Source: an uncultured Bacilli bacterium (GTDB lineage Bacteria; Bacillota_I; Bacilli_A; RFN20; CAG-449). From it: a stretch of DNA of 64,000 nucleotides. Position 1 is the stretch's first letter. Each line of letters starts with the position of its first letter. The notes under the pieces were generated by a model. It was not told the origin of the DNA and ran no database searches. It saw only the letters and a program-made list of their open reading frames with translations. Both the position numbers and the translations under genes were made by a program. Below are positions 30,584-42,812 of the stretch, one piece after another. The DNA lies in the NCBI GenBank assembly GCA_944332225.1, contig CALVJO010000004.1:1414-65413 (forward strand), written 5' to 3'.

Positions 30584-32308
30584 ATGTTAGTTAATATTAA
30601 GATTAATGGAAAAGATTACCAAGCTGATTCCTCTTTGACCATATTAAAAGTTTGTAGAAGATATCATATTCATATTCCAACTTTATGTTATATGTTCCAC
30701 GAGGAAACAAATCTAGAGCACAAGCCTGCTTCATGTCGAGTTTGCGTCGTGGAAGTTAAAGGAAGAAGAAATTTAGTTCCTGCCTGCGCGACTACCGTCT
30801 ATGAAGGAATGGAAGTAACTACTAATTCCTTAAAATGCATGGAATATCGTAAAAACGTTGTTGAATTATTGCTTTCTAATCACCCAAATGATTGCGTTTA
30901 CTGTGCGAAAAATAATAAATGTGAGCTTCAAGCTTTAGCGGCTGAACTTGGTATTAGAAGAGTTCATTATCACGGTGAATTATCTCAAAAGAATGAATAT
31001 CATAACGCGCGTGGACTTTTAAAAAATCCTGCAAAATGCATCTTATGTAATAGATGCACCGCGGTGTGTAGAGAAGTTCAATCAATTGAAGCTATCGTTC
31101 CAACAATGAGAGGGTTTAAGACAGTTATTTCAACACCTAATAAATGCATCACCTGCGGACAATGTATTCAAGTTTGCCCAACTGGTGCTTTAATTCAACA
31201 AGATGATACTTTATTAGTAGAAAAAGCCCTTGCTGATAAGGATAAATATGTGATTGTTAACACCGCGCCGGCAGTTAGAGTTTCTTTAGGCGATGAATTT
31301 GGTTTGCCGGCAGGAACTAACGTTGAAAAGAAGATGGTCACCTCATTAAGAGAACTTGGATTTGATAAGGTGTTTGATACTAACTTTGGGGCCGATTTAA
31401 CTATTATGGAAGAGGCTAATGAATTCATCGAACGTTATCAAAAGAAGGAAAACTTACCTTTGATTACTTCCTGCTGTCCAGGATGGGTAAAGTTCATTGA
31501 ACAAGAATATCCAGATTTATTGCAATATCCTTCTTCATGCAAATCTCCAACTGAGATGTTTGGGGCTATCTGCAAATCATATTTTGCTGAGAAGAATAAT
31601 ATTCCTAAAGAAAATATTGTCGTAGTATCATTAATGCCTTGCCTCGCTAAAAAGCGTGAAGCGGCAAGAAGCGAACTTTCTAATGATGGATATCAAAATG
31701 TTGACTACGTTTTAACCGTTAAAGAATATGCAGAATTATTAAAGAGAAGAGGAATTCAACTTCAAGATCTTCCTGATTCTGATTTTGACCATCCTCTTGG
31801 AGAATCTTCAGGTGCTGGAGATATCTTTGCAAATACCGGAGGAGTTATTGAAGCAGTCGCTAGAACGGCATCTAAATGGCTTCAAGGCGAAGTTAAAGAT
31901 TGTAACTTCACCGCGGTTAGAGGACTCTCAGGAGTTAGAGAAGCATCCGTTAAAGTATCTGATGATGTCACTTTGAATCTTTGCATTTGCTCTGGACTTG
32001 CTGGAGCTAGAAAAGTTCTTGAAGAAATTAGAAATGGAACATCTAAATATGACGCAATTGAGATAATGGCTTGCCCAGGTGGCTGCGTCAATGGAGGAGG
32101 CCAACCTGTTAGAACTGATATGGATCAAATCGATGTGATTAAAGCTCGTCAAAAAGGAATCTATGATATCGATAAAGATAAGTTAATTAGAATTTCTTGC
32201 GACAATGAAGAGATTAAAGCTCTCTATGATGAATATTTAATCGCTCCTGGATCTAAAAAAGCTCATGAATTGCTTCATACTCATTTCCACGATTCATCAA
32301 AAGCTTAA
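30584..32308 (+). CDS. hydA: [FeFe] hydrogenase catalytic subunit HydA (group A, multimeric electron-bifurcating type)
   Basis: N-terminal 2Fe-2S (CRVCVVEV). Multiple 4Fe-4S motifs. H-cluster motifs TSCCPGWV (L1), MPCLAKKREA (L2), EIMACPGGCVNGGGQP (L3). 574 aa. Confidence 0.9.
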   Translation: MLVNIKINGKDYQADSSLTILKVCRRYHIHIPTLCYMFHEETNLEHKPASCRVCVVEVKGRRNLVPACATTVYEGMEVTTNSLKCMEYRKNVVELLLSNHPNDCVYCAKNNKCELQALAAELGIRRVHYHGELSQKNEYHNARGLLKNPAKCILCNRCTAVCREVQSIEAIVPTMRGFKTVISTPNKCITCGQCIQVCPTGALIQQDDTLLVEKALADKDKYVIVNTAPAVRVSLGDEFGLPAGTNVEKKMVTSLRELGFDKVFDTNFGADLTIMEEANEFIERYQKKENLPLITSCCPGWVKFIEQEYPDLLQYPSSCKSPTEMFGAICKSYFAEKNNIPKENIVVVSLMPCLAKKREAARSELSNDGYQNVDYVLTVKEYAELLKRRGIQLQDLPDSDFDHPLGESSGAGDIFANTGGVIEAVARTASKWLQGEVKDCNFTAVRGLSGVREASVKVSDDVTLNLCICSGLAGARKVLEEIRNGTSKYDAIEIMACPGGCVNGGGQPVRTDMDQIDVIKARQKGIYDIDKDKLIRISCDNEEIKALYDEYLIAPGSKKAHELLHTHFHDSSKA

Positions 32309-32329
32309 TTATTAATATTTTAAAAAATA

Positions 32330-32372
32330 AAAAACCCTTAGATATTGTAATGATTTCTAAGGGTTTTATTTT
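32330..32372. terminator. Bidirectional Rho-independent terminator between hydA (+) and htpG (-)
   Basis: AAAAACCCTTAGA...TCTAAGGGTTTTATTTT: 11-bp stem with flanking A-runs and T-runs. Confidence 0.6.
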
Positions 32373-32375
32373 ATC

Positions 32376-34286
32376 TTACTTTGAAGCTTTAATCATTAAA
32401 TCAGTAATCTTCTTAGAGAAGGAAAGAGGATCTTTTAAAGGCATGTTTTCTAAGAGTAACGCTTGATCTAGAAGGATAGAAGAGTATTCTTCTAAATCAT
32501 CTTTATTTTCAGAATATACCTTTTCTAGGGCTTTAAATAATTCGTGATTTGGGTTAATTTCTAGAATTCTTTTAGCTTTATATGGAACAGTTCCTTTAGT
32601 CATCGCATTCATCGTGCGTTCCATTTCAAATGAGATATCTCCTCCGGCGACTAAGCAAACTGGAGATTCAGCTAATCTAGAAGATAATTTAACTTCATCA
32701 ACCTCATCTTTTAAAGAATCTTTGATGGCTTGAAGGAGATCTTTATTCTCTTCTTGCTTTTGTTCTGTATCTTTCTTTTCTTGCTCATCTTCTAAGTCAA
32801 GGTCGCCTTGAATGGATACGAATTTATGTGTATCGTAGGTGCCCATCATTTGAATCGTTAATTCATCGATTGGATTTGTTAAGATTAATACATCATAATT
32901 TTTCTTCTTTAACATTTCCATCTGAGGCATGTTCAAGGCAAATTCTTTACTTGCTACTGAGGCAAAATAGATATCCTTTTGACCTTCTTGCATCTTAGCT
33001 ACATATTCTCTTAAAGTCTGATATTTATCTTCTTTGATGGTATGGTAGAGCAATAAGTCTTGTAGCTCATCTTTCTTTGCTCCATATGAAGAATAGATTC
33101 CATATTTTAAATTAACTCCAAATTCATCAAAGAAGGTTGAATATTTATCAAAATCGTTATCTTTTAAAGAATTTAATTCATTTAAAACCTTCTTTTCGAT
33201 AGAAACTGAAATCTTCTTTAATTGTCTAGATTGTTGAAGCATCTCACGAGAGATATTTAATGATAAGTCGCTTGAATCGACTAAACCTTTAACGAATCTT
33301 AAATAATCAGGGATCAATTCTTTGCACTTATCCATGATAAAGACCCCTTTAGAGTATAGTTGAAGACCTCTTTCATAATCTTCTGAATATAAATCAAGAG
33401 GAGCTTTCTTAGGAATAAAGAGCATGCTATCGTAGGAAATCATTCCTTCAACATGGTTAAATAATGAGACTAGAGGATCATCGTATTCATGGAATTTCTC
33501 TTTATAGAAGCGATTTAATTCTTCATCTGTTACTTCAGATTTATTCTTCTTCCAAAGCGGAATCATTGAATTTAATGTTTCTAAAGAAGTTTCCTCATGA
33601 GTCTTAGAAGAATCATCTTTATCTTGAACTTGCTTAGTAACTAACATCTGAATCGGATATCTAACATAATCTGAATACTTTTTGACTAAGCCTTTGATTC
33701 GATAGGTCTCTAGGAATTCATCATAATTCTCTTCGTCTTCATTATCTCTTAGATAAAGAGTGATTTTAGTTCCTACATTTTCTTTATTGATCTCTTCAAT
33801 AGAATAGGTGTCTTCACCTTTAGACGTGAAACGATATCCTGTATCAGAGTATGGTGATCTAGTTTCAACGATAACTTCTTTAGCTACCATGAAAGCTGAA
33901 TAGAATCCGACTCCGAATTGACCGATTATATTGATTGAATCTTGATTTTCTTTATTGTTTTCTTCTTTTAACTTATTAAGAAATTCTAGTGAACCAGATG
34001 AGGCGATAGTGCCTAAATTATTATCAAGCTCCTCTTTAGTCATTCCGATTCCATTATCTTCAATAGAGATGGTTCTTTTAGTTTTATCGACTTCTATATT
34101 AATTTTATAATCATCTCTTTTTTCTAATTTTTCATCATTTAAAGATAAGTAATGATATTTATCAATCGCGTCAGATGCATTAGAGATTAACTCTCTTAAA
34201 AATATTTCTTTATTGGTGTAGATTGAGTTGATCATAAGATCTAGCAATCTCTTAGATTCTGTTTTAAATTGTTTGGTTTCTAACAT
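32376..34286 (-). CDS. htpG: Molecular chaperone HtpG (Hsp90)
   Basis: N-terminal GHKL motif LRELISNASDAIDK. 636 aa. RBS AGGAGG upstream. Confidence 0.95.
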   Translation of the reverse strand: MLETKQFKTESKRLLDLMINSIYTNKEIFLRELISNASDAIDKYHYLSLNDEKLEKRDDYKINIEVDKTKRTISIEDNGIGMTKEELDNNLGTIASSGSLEFLNKLKEENNKENQDSINIIGQFGVGFYSAFMVAKEVIVETRSPYSDTGYRFTSKGEDTYSIEEINKENVGTKITLYLRDNEDEENYDEFLETYRIKGLVKKYSDYVRYPIQMLVTKQVQDKDDSSKTHEETSLETLNSMIPLWKKNKSEVTDEELNRFYKEKFHEYDDPLVSLFNHVEGMISYDSMLFIPKKAPLDLYSEDYERGLQLYSKGVFIMDKCKELIPDYLRFVKGLVDSSDLSLNISREMLQQSRQLKKISVSIEKKVLNELNSLKDNDFDKYSTFFDEFGVNLKYGIYSSYGAKKDELQDLLLYHTIKEDKYQTLREYVAKMQEGQKDIYFASVASKEFALNMPQMEMLKKKNYDVLILTNPIDELTIQMMGTYDTHKFVSIQGDLDLEDEQEKKDTEQKQEENKDLLQAIKDSLKDEVDEVKLSSRLAESPVCLVAGGDISFEMERTMNAMTKGTVPYKAKRILEINPNHELFKALEKVYSENKDDLEEYSSILLDQALLLENMPLKDPLSFSKKITDLMIKASK

Positions 34287-34308
34287 AATTGCCTCCTAAA
34301 CAAGAGAT

Positions 34309-34336
34309 ATTTTACTCGTTTATTTAGCAGTGTCAA
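34309..34336 (-). promoter_or_regulatory. Sigma-A-type promoter of htpG (-35 TTGACA, 16-nt spacer, -10 TAAAAT)
   Basis: Minus strand: TTGACA (plus 34331-34336), 16 nt, TAAAAT (plus 34309-34314). Overlaps the CIRCE operator. Confidence 0.5.
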
Positions 34337-34350
34337 TATTCGAGTGCTAA
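34324..34350. promoter_or_regulatory. CIRCE (HrcA operator) inverted repeat upstream of htpG
   Basis: TTAGCAGTG-N9-GAGTGCTAA, against consensus TTAGCACTC-N9-GAGTGCTAA. 16/18 positions match and the spacing is exactly 9 nt. Confidence 0.65.
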
Positions 34351-34376
34351 AAAAGTATATTTTATAAAAAAGCTTG

Positions 34377-34634
34377 CTAGCATTTTTGATCTAGCAAGCC
34401 GCGAATCAATTGTTTAGTTTCAGCAGTTTCGTTTCCTTCTTCAACATATTCCACTAGTAAATTCATTAATGAAGGAAAGAATCTAATGATGTTCTTTTGA
34501 TCTATTTCTATCGTTTCTCCTTCTTTATAATTTTTATTAACTAGAAGATATCCATCATCAATCTTACAAATTGATAAATTTTCAGTTGAGCTGATGATTG
34601 TTCCTTGGTAGGTAGTTTTATCTTTTTTGTTCAT
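34377..34634 (-). CDS. Hypothetical small protein (85 aa)
   Basis: ORF with no recognised motif, between htpG and a membrane protein gene. Confidence 0.3.
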   Translation of the reverse strand: MNKKDKTTYQGTIISSTENLSICKIDDGYLLVNKNYKEGETIEIDQKNIIRFFPSLMNLLVEYVEEGNETAETKQLIRGLLDQKC

Positions 34635-34739
34635 TGTTTTCTTTCTAACTAACGAAAAAATCTTAGCAAAGAAGAAACATTACATCAATTAATTTGTTTT
34701 GAGAAAATAGTGAAAACGCTTATATTAAATTTTATCTAT

Positions 34740-35534
34740 TTATAAAGGTTGATTTTCTACTTTAGAGAATCTTTTAAAGATTAATTTATAAAGTAGCATT
34801 GATACAAAATATAAAGATAAATAGACCATTATTGAAATTAAAGTAAATACCCAAGGAACATGGTCATAAACGATATAAGCAATCTCTAAAGGAAAATTAA
34901 CTGGCTCAGCAAGAAGCATTAAATTAGAACCTACATAGATGTTTAATAGACAATCGATGAATATGACACCTCCTACAAAATATAAATAGTAGATATAATT
35001 TTTTAATGTAGGTTTAAATATTCCTTTACAAAGATACATGATTCCAGAATACACAAGACATGAATGATAGAAAAATGAATGAAGAGAGAGAAAGTGAAAG
35101 ATTGGAACATCATTTAACGATGTGGTAGGGAAGATTAAAAACACTAATCCTCCGATTAAAGCTCCTCCACCTATATAAGCGTCTGATACTTTTCTATAAA
35201 TCTCATTTTTGCTTTTGGCTAATAAAGCAGCATAAATATATAAAGAGCAGAAAAATAATGGCATCCATTCGATCAAATTAACAAACGGCGTGTGATTTAT
35301 AAAAAATTTATATGATATTTTTATGACTTCTAAAACAGTAACAATTATTCCTAATATAAAGACAATATTTCTAATTCTTTGCTCTTTGAAATGACGAGAT
35401 AGAAATATGCATATTGCAATTACAATAAAAGAGATTATCAAAGCGATTATATGGGGTAAAGTAAACATCCCGCATGGAGGGTATTTTCCTTCAGGGGCAA
35501 AAATGTCAAAAAATGTAAATAAGTTCATGTTCAT
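34740..35534 (-). CDS. Hypothetical integral membrane protein (7-8 TM)
   Basis: 264 aa, highly hydrophobic. No catalytic motif recognised. Confidence 0.4.
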   Translation of the reverse strand: MNMNLFTFFDIFAPEGKYPPCGMFTLPHIIALIISFIVIAICIFLSRHFKEQRIRNIVFILGIIVTVLEVIKISYKFFINHTPFVNLIEWMPLFFCSLYIYAALLAKSKNEIYRKVSDAYIGGGALIGGLVFLIFPTTSLNDVPIFHFLSLHSFFYHSCLVYSGIMYLCKGIFKPTLKNYIYYLYFVGGVIFIDCLLNIYVGSNLMLLAEPVNFPLEIAYIVYDHVPWVFTLISIMVYLSLYFVSMLLYKLIFKRFSKVENQPL

Positions 35535-35669
35535 AAATAATTAATAGATGGTGAAAGAGAAAGATTTTCCTTCTAAAGCAGAGTCTATTCTATATTTTCT
35601 TTAAATAGCATTTTCATTCCTTTCTATCTTCATTATAGAAGATTATATGAATATATTTAAATTAATAGC

Positions 35670-35698
35670 TTGAATAAAGTAAAAATTATTTGTAAATT
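35670..35698 (+). promoter_or_regulatory. Candidate promoter for tRNA-Leu (-35 TTGAAT, 17-nt spacer, -10 TAAATT preceded by TG)
   Basis: TTGAAT at 35670-35675. TAAATT at 35693-35698. The tRNA 5' end is 9-10 nt downstream. Confidence 0.4.
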
Positions 35699-35707
35699 AA
35701 TAAGGCT

Positions 35708-35792
35708 GCTGGGCTGGCGGAAGTGGTAGACGCACAGGTCTCAAAAACCTGCGGGATTACCCATATGAGTTCAAGTCTCATGCCCAGCACCA
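35708..35792 (+). tRNA. tRNA-Leu (anticodon CAA)
   Basis: Manual fold: acceptor GCTGGGC/GCCCAGC, D-arm GCG-loop-CGC, anticodon stem CAGGT/ACCTG with loop CTCAAAA, long variable arm, T-arm ATGAG-TTCAAGT-CTCAT. Encoded ACCA 3' end. Confidence 0.85.
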
Positions 35793-35940
35793 CTTTAGAT
35801 AAATATTTGGTAAAATTAAAATATCCGAAATTATATATAAGCATACTTCATCAATATTATTAAGGTTAATGGATGGTAAATTAAATTGTTTTCATTAAAC
35901 CAATTTTAGATTATAATATTAAGTGATGGAGGGATAATAT

Positions 35941-37245
35941 ATGTTGCATATATTAAAATTAGCCGTAACAACATTTCTATTATTAACATTAAATGTAACA
36001 TCGGTATCATTAAATAATGAAAAATCTTTTAATGTAGAGGCAGACACACTAAGCCTTGCAAACAATAAAAATAGCTCAGAAAAACTCGGAGCTGTTGCGG
36101 ACCCATATACGTATGATGATAGAGAAATAAGCGATGCATATGTCTCAGTTATGAAATCTGTTGAAGAAGCAGGTTCCAGTGCGTATATTACATTTGATTT
36201 TTTTAAACAATCGTTGCAATCGCGAAGCGTAGACATAGAATCATTTTCCATTGCAATGGAACAGGAACTGTTAGAAAATGAAGCTTTTTACAATAATAAG
36301 ACTAGGGGTAATGACCTTTGCGGTTTATTAACATCAAGTTCTGAAGATGCTGATTATATAATAAATTCCACAGAAAGTTATGTACAAACACCTGTATCAT
36401 GTTTTAAAAGAGATTTGTATTATAATGGTTATAATGGCAAGACGTTTGATTATCGTTCGTTGCAACCAGGAGATATAATTTATGAGAATGTTGCACCTTT
36501 TGGTCATTCAGCAATCATTTCCAATGTAGAGTATTATAGGGATGACGGGACTACTTATATTCAAACAATTGAATCTGTAGCTAGCGGTGTTAAATTTGGA
36601 TTTCTTGATGACAAAAGAATGGTTGATTATAATGTAGAAATTTTTAAAGTTGCGGATATTGCCTCATATGATAGAACATTTATAGTAGACTTTTGCCTAG
36701 GACAAATTGGAAAACCTTATTCTTGTGAGTTCAATAATGTTGATTGGTCGTCATCAAACCCAGATTGGTATTGCTCTGAGTTAGTATATGCAGCGTATTA
36801 TTCAGCAATGATAGATTTAGGATGGCGATATGTGGATGGTGGTTTAATGACATTTGGATCAATCTTTTTCCCTGAGTATATAAAAAATGCTTATAACACT
36901 TACCAAATCAATATGGAATCGGCCTATTTTCCTTCCTTTTTGTTGGTTAATGAAAGCAATTGGACTATACGAATATATAACACTACACCCATGAATAACA
37001 CTTTTTACTATAATTCTAAAATGTGCTTCGGGAATGATGCAGAAAAATGGGTAAATTTGAATGATGTTAAAAGTTTATACATATATAAAACTCAATATGA
37101 AAAAGTACGCATAACAACTAATTGGTTTGCAACTGATATAGCAATATCGACCATAGTTGATAATAAAAGATACATAACGTTTGCTAACAATTTAAATACA
37201 AAAACATACAAAACGAATTTAAAATATAGCATAGTTGGAGCGTGA
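35941..37245 (+). CDS. Secreted protein with circularly permuted papain-like (YiiX/YaeF, peptidase C92) amidase domain plus N-terminal and C-terminal extensions
   Basis: Signal peptide MLHILKLAVTTFLLLTLNVTSVSL (no lipobox). Core GDIIYENVAPFGHSAIIS...IGKPYSCEF...DWYCSELVYAAYY gives His-before-Cys order. This matches the GDIIF...H...GKPYDF...YCSEVV pattern of E. coli YiiX. RBS GGAGGG. Stop TGA. Confidence 0.55.
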   Translation: MLHILKLAVTTFLLLTLNVTSVSLNNEKSFNVEADTLSLANNKNSSEKLGAVADPYTYDDREISDAYVSVMKSVEEAGSSAYITFDFFKQSLQSRSVDIESFSIAMEQELLENEAFYNNKTRGNDLCGLLTSSSEDADYIINSTESYVQTPVSCFKRDLYYNGYNGKTFDYRSLQPGDIIYENVAPFGHSAIISNVEYYRDDGTTYIQTIESVASGVKFGFLDDKRMVDYNVEIFKVADIASYDRTFIVDFCLGQIGKPYSCEFNNVDWSSSNPDWYCSELVYAAYYSAMIDLGWRYVDGGLMTFGSIFFPEYIKNAYNTYQINMESAYFPSFLLVNESNWTIRIYNTTPMNNTFYYNSKMCFGNDAEKWVNLNDVKSLYIYKTQYEKVRITTNWFATDIAISTIVDNKRYITFANNLNTKTYKTNLKYSIVGA

Positions 37246-37252
37246 CTATAAT

Positions 37253-38062
37253 ATGAAAAGAAAGTATATTGATTATTCAAATTTAATCATAGTCTTGCTG
37301 TCTATAATATGCCTTTTTAGCTTGATTGATTTCATCATAGTTCCAGACCTTGTTTCTTTATTTTTAGTCGTGCCAGGAAGTTATCTATTAATCGTCTTAG
37401 GATATCTTATTTGTGAGATTCTTTTAGTTAATTGGGCAAAAAAAGAAAAGATTACAAATGGGAAAAGATTAGCCTTAACTATCATTAAAATATTATTATT
37501 AGGGCTTTTCTTATTTAGAAGTCCAGTTTTGGATTTAACATCTTTTACTATCAATTATTTTGTTTCTATTATCTTTTTGATTACTATGTGCTTTGACCTA
37601 GCAATTTATACTTATGATTTAATTTCTAATGAAAAAAATAAAGAGAATGATATAGAACTGAAGAAGATAAAATATATTATTCCATTAAGCATAATTTTTG
37701 CCCTTATGCTAGCAATTGCTTTAATTGATTGTTTTGCTGGCAATAATGTTAATCTTTTCTTAGTGATTATTTTCATTTCTTTTTTAGTCATAACTATAGG
37801 AGAAATTATAGGATTCATTTTTAATAAAAAATATTATTTGGCTAATGGATTAATCGTAATCGCTAAAACTGTATTTTTAATAAGATCTATTTTTACATTT
37901 TCTTTTGTTCAATCAGTCACTGTGTTATTTGGCTCGATTCATTCATTCCTTGTTTTATGTTTTTACGCATTGATGATTGCCGCGACTATTATTTCTTGGC
38001 TTTACTTTATTAAAAGTATCAAAATAGTAAGAAAATTATTTGAACAAACTATGGCTAGTTAA
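37253..38062 (+). CDS. Hypothetical 8-TM membrane protein, candidate partner or immunity protein of the upstream amidase
   Basis: Start adjusted to ATG 37253 (MKRKYIDYSN...). The track TTG start at 37235 overlaps the upstream stop. Eight hydrophobic segments. No motif recognised. Confidence 0.4.
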   Translation: MKRKYIDYSNLIIVLLSIICLFSLIDFIIVPDLVSLFLVVPGSYLLIVLGYLICEILLVNWAKKEKITNGKRLALTIIKILLLGLFLFRSPVLDLTSFTINYFVSIIFLITMCFDLAIYTYDLISNEKNKENDIELKKIKYIIPLSIIFALMLAIALIDCFAGNNVNLFLVIIFISFLVITIGEIIGFIFNKKYYLANGLIVIAKTVFLIRSIFTFSFVQSVTVLFGSIHSFLVLCFYALMIAATIISWLYFIKSIKIVRKLFEQTMAS

Positions 38063-38169
38063 CTCTAGTCATTTTTATTAATTAACTAGAAAATTAAATC
38101 ATCTTTTTTGTTGATTATAGGTAATGAATGTCTATAAATTTTTTGTATAATATTATCAATTGAGGTTAA

Positions 38170-41884
<3,715 letters not shown>

Positions 41885-41886
41885 TT

Positions 41887-42738
41887 TTATTGTTTCATTA
41901 TATATAAAATACCGATGGTACCAGGTCCGCAATGGGAGGAGATGACGCTTCCAGCATGAGTTACCATGATATTTTCTTCTTTTATATATTTTTTTACTTC
42001 TTCGTAAAGATATTTTTCGCTTGCAGGAGCCGCGGTTGAAGTGATCATCACTAATGATGTATCCATATTTTCTAAATCTTTTTTGAAGATATCTAACAAA
42101 GCGTTGCAAGCTTTAATTGTCTTACCGATAGGCTTTTTAAATACTTTCATGCCTCCATCAATAACTCTTATAATCGGTTTCATATATAAGGCTGAAGCTA
42201 AGAAATATGATAATGAAGAACAACGGCCACCTTTATAAAGATAATCCATCTGCTCAATTAAAAACTGCGCGCGGACTAAAGGTCTAATCTCAGTTAATTT
42301 TTCTTCAATTTGCTTTAAATTAAATCCTTGTTTAATCATCTCCACCGCCTTGCATACTTGAAGGCCGATTCCTGTTGATAAATTGCATGAATCGAAGACT
42401 AAAATTCTAGAAGGGTCTAATTCATCTCTTGCCACGCAGGCATTATTATAGCTTGATGATAATTTTGAAGAAATTCCAGTGTAGAAGATATCATATCCTT
42501 GGTCTAAATAAGTTTTAAACGCGTCATATAATTCTTGGGTAGAAATCGCTGAAGTCTTAGGTAATTTATTAGTTTCTTTAACTTTAGAATATAATTCATC
42601 TACGGTTATCGTAACCCCATCTTTATATACTTCTTCGCCAAAAGTCACTCCTAAAGGCAAAACTAGAATATCATTCTCTTTAAGATATTCCTTAGTTAGA
42701 TCCATTGTTGAATCAACAATTACTTTAATCTTATTCAT
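41887..42738 (-). CDS. DegV family fatty-acid-binding protein
   Basis: MNKIKVIVDSTMDLTKEYLKENDILVLPLGVTFGEEVYKDGVTIT. 283 aa. Confidence 0.85.
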   Translation of the reverse strand: MNKIKVIVDSTMDLTKEYLKENDILVLPLGVTFGEEVYKDGVTITVDELYSKVKETNKLPKTSAISTQELYDAFKTYLDQGYDIFYTGISSKLSSSYNNACVARDELDPSRILVFDSCNLSTGIGLQVCKAVEMIKQGFNLKQIEEKLTEIRPLVRAQFLIEQMDYLYKGGRCSSLSYFLASALYMKPIIRVIDGGMKVFKKPIGKTIKACNALLDIFKKDLENMDTSLVMITSTAAPASEKYLYEEVKKYIKEENIMVTHAGSVISSHCGPGTIGILYIMKQ

Positions 42739-42812
42739 TTGTTACCTCGCTCTTATATTCACTTTATACTTTATTTTATCATGAATTTTAACTTTTGAAG
42801 CGGTAAACAAAA

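Noticed and set aside
26000-32152. Antisense/shifted ORFs within the hydrogenase genes (26000-26215, 26961-27158, 27368-27580, 28396-28608, 29636-29920, 30388-30594, 31195-31428, 31785-31976, 31882-32091, 31928-32152)
   Set aside because: Each is fully contained in a well-supported hydrogenase-cluster CDS. Low-complexity translations.
35919-36251. 110-aa antisense ORF over the start of the C92 amidase gene
   Set aside because: Overlaps the signal-peptide and N-terminal region of the better-supported plus-strand gene. No RBS.
37092-37818. ORFs 37092-37280 (-) and 37612-37818 (-)
   Set aside because: Antisense to the amidase and membrane-protein genes. Hydrophobic mirror-frame artefacts.
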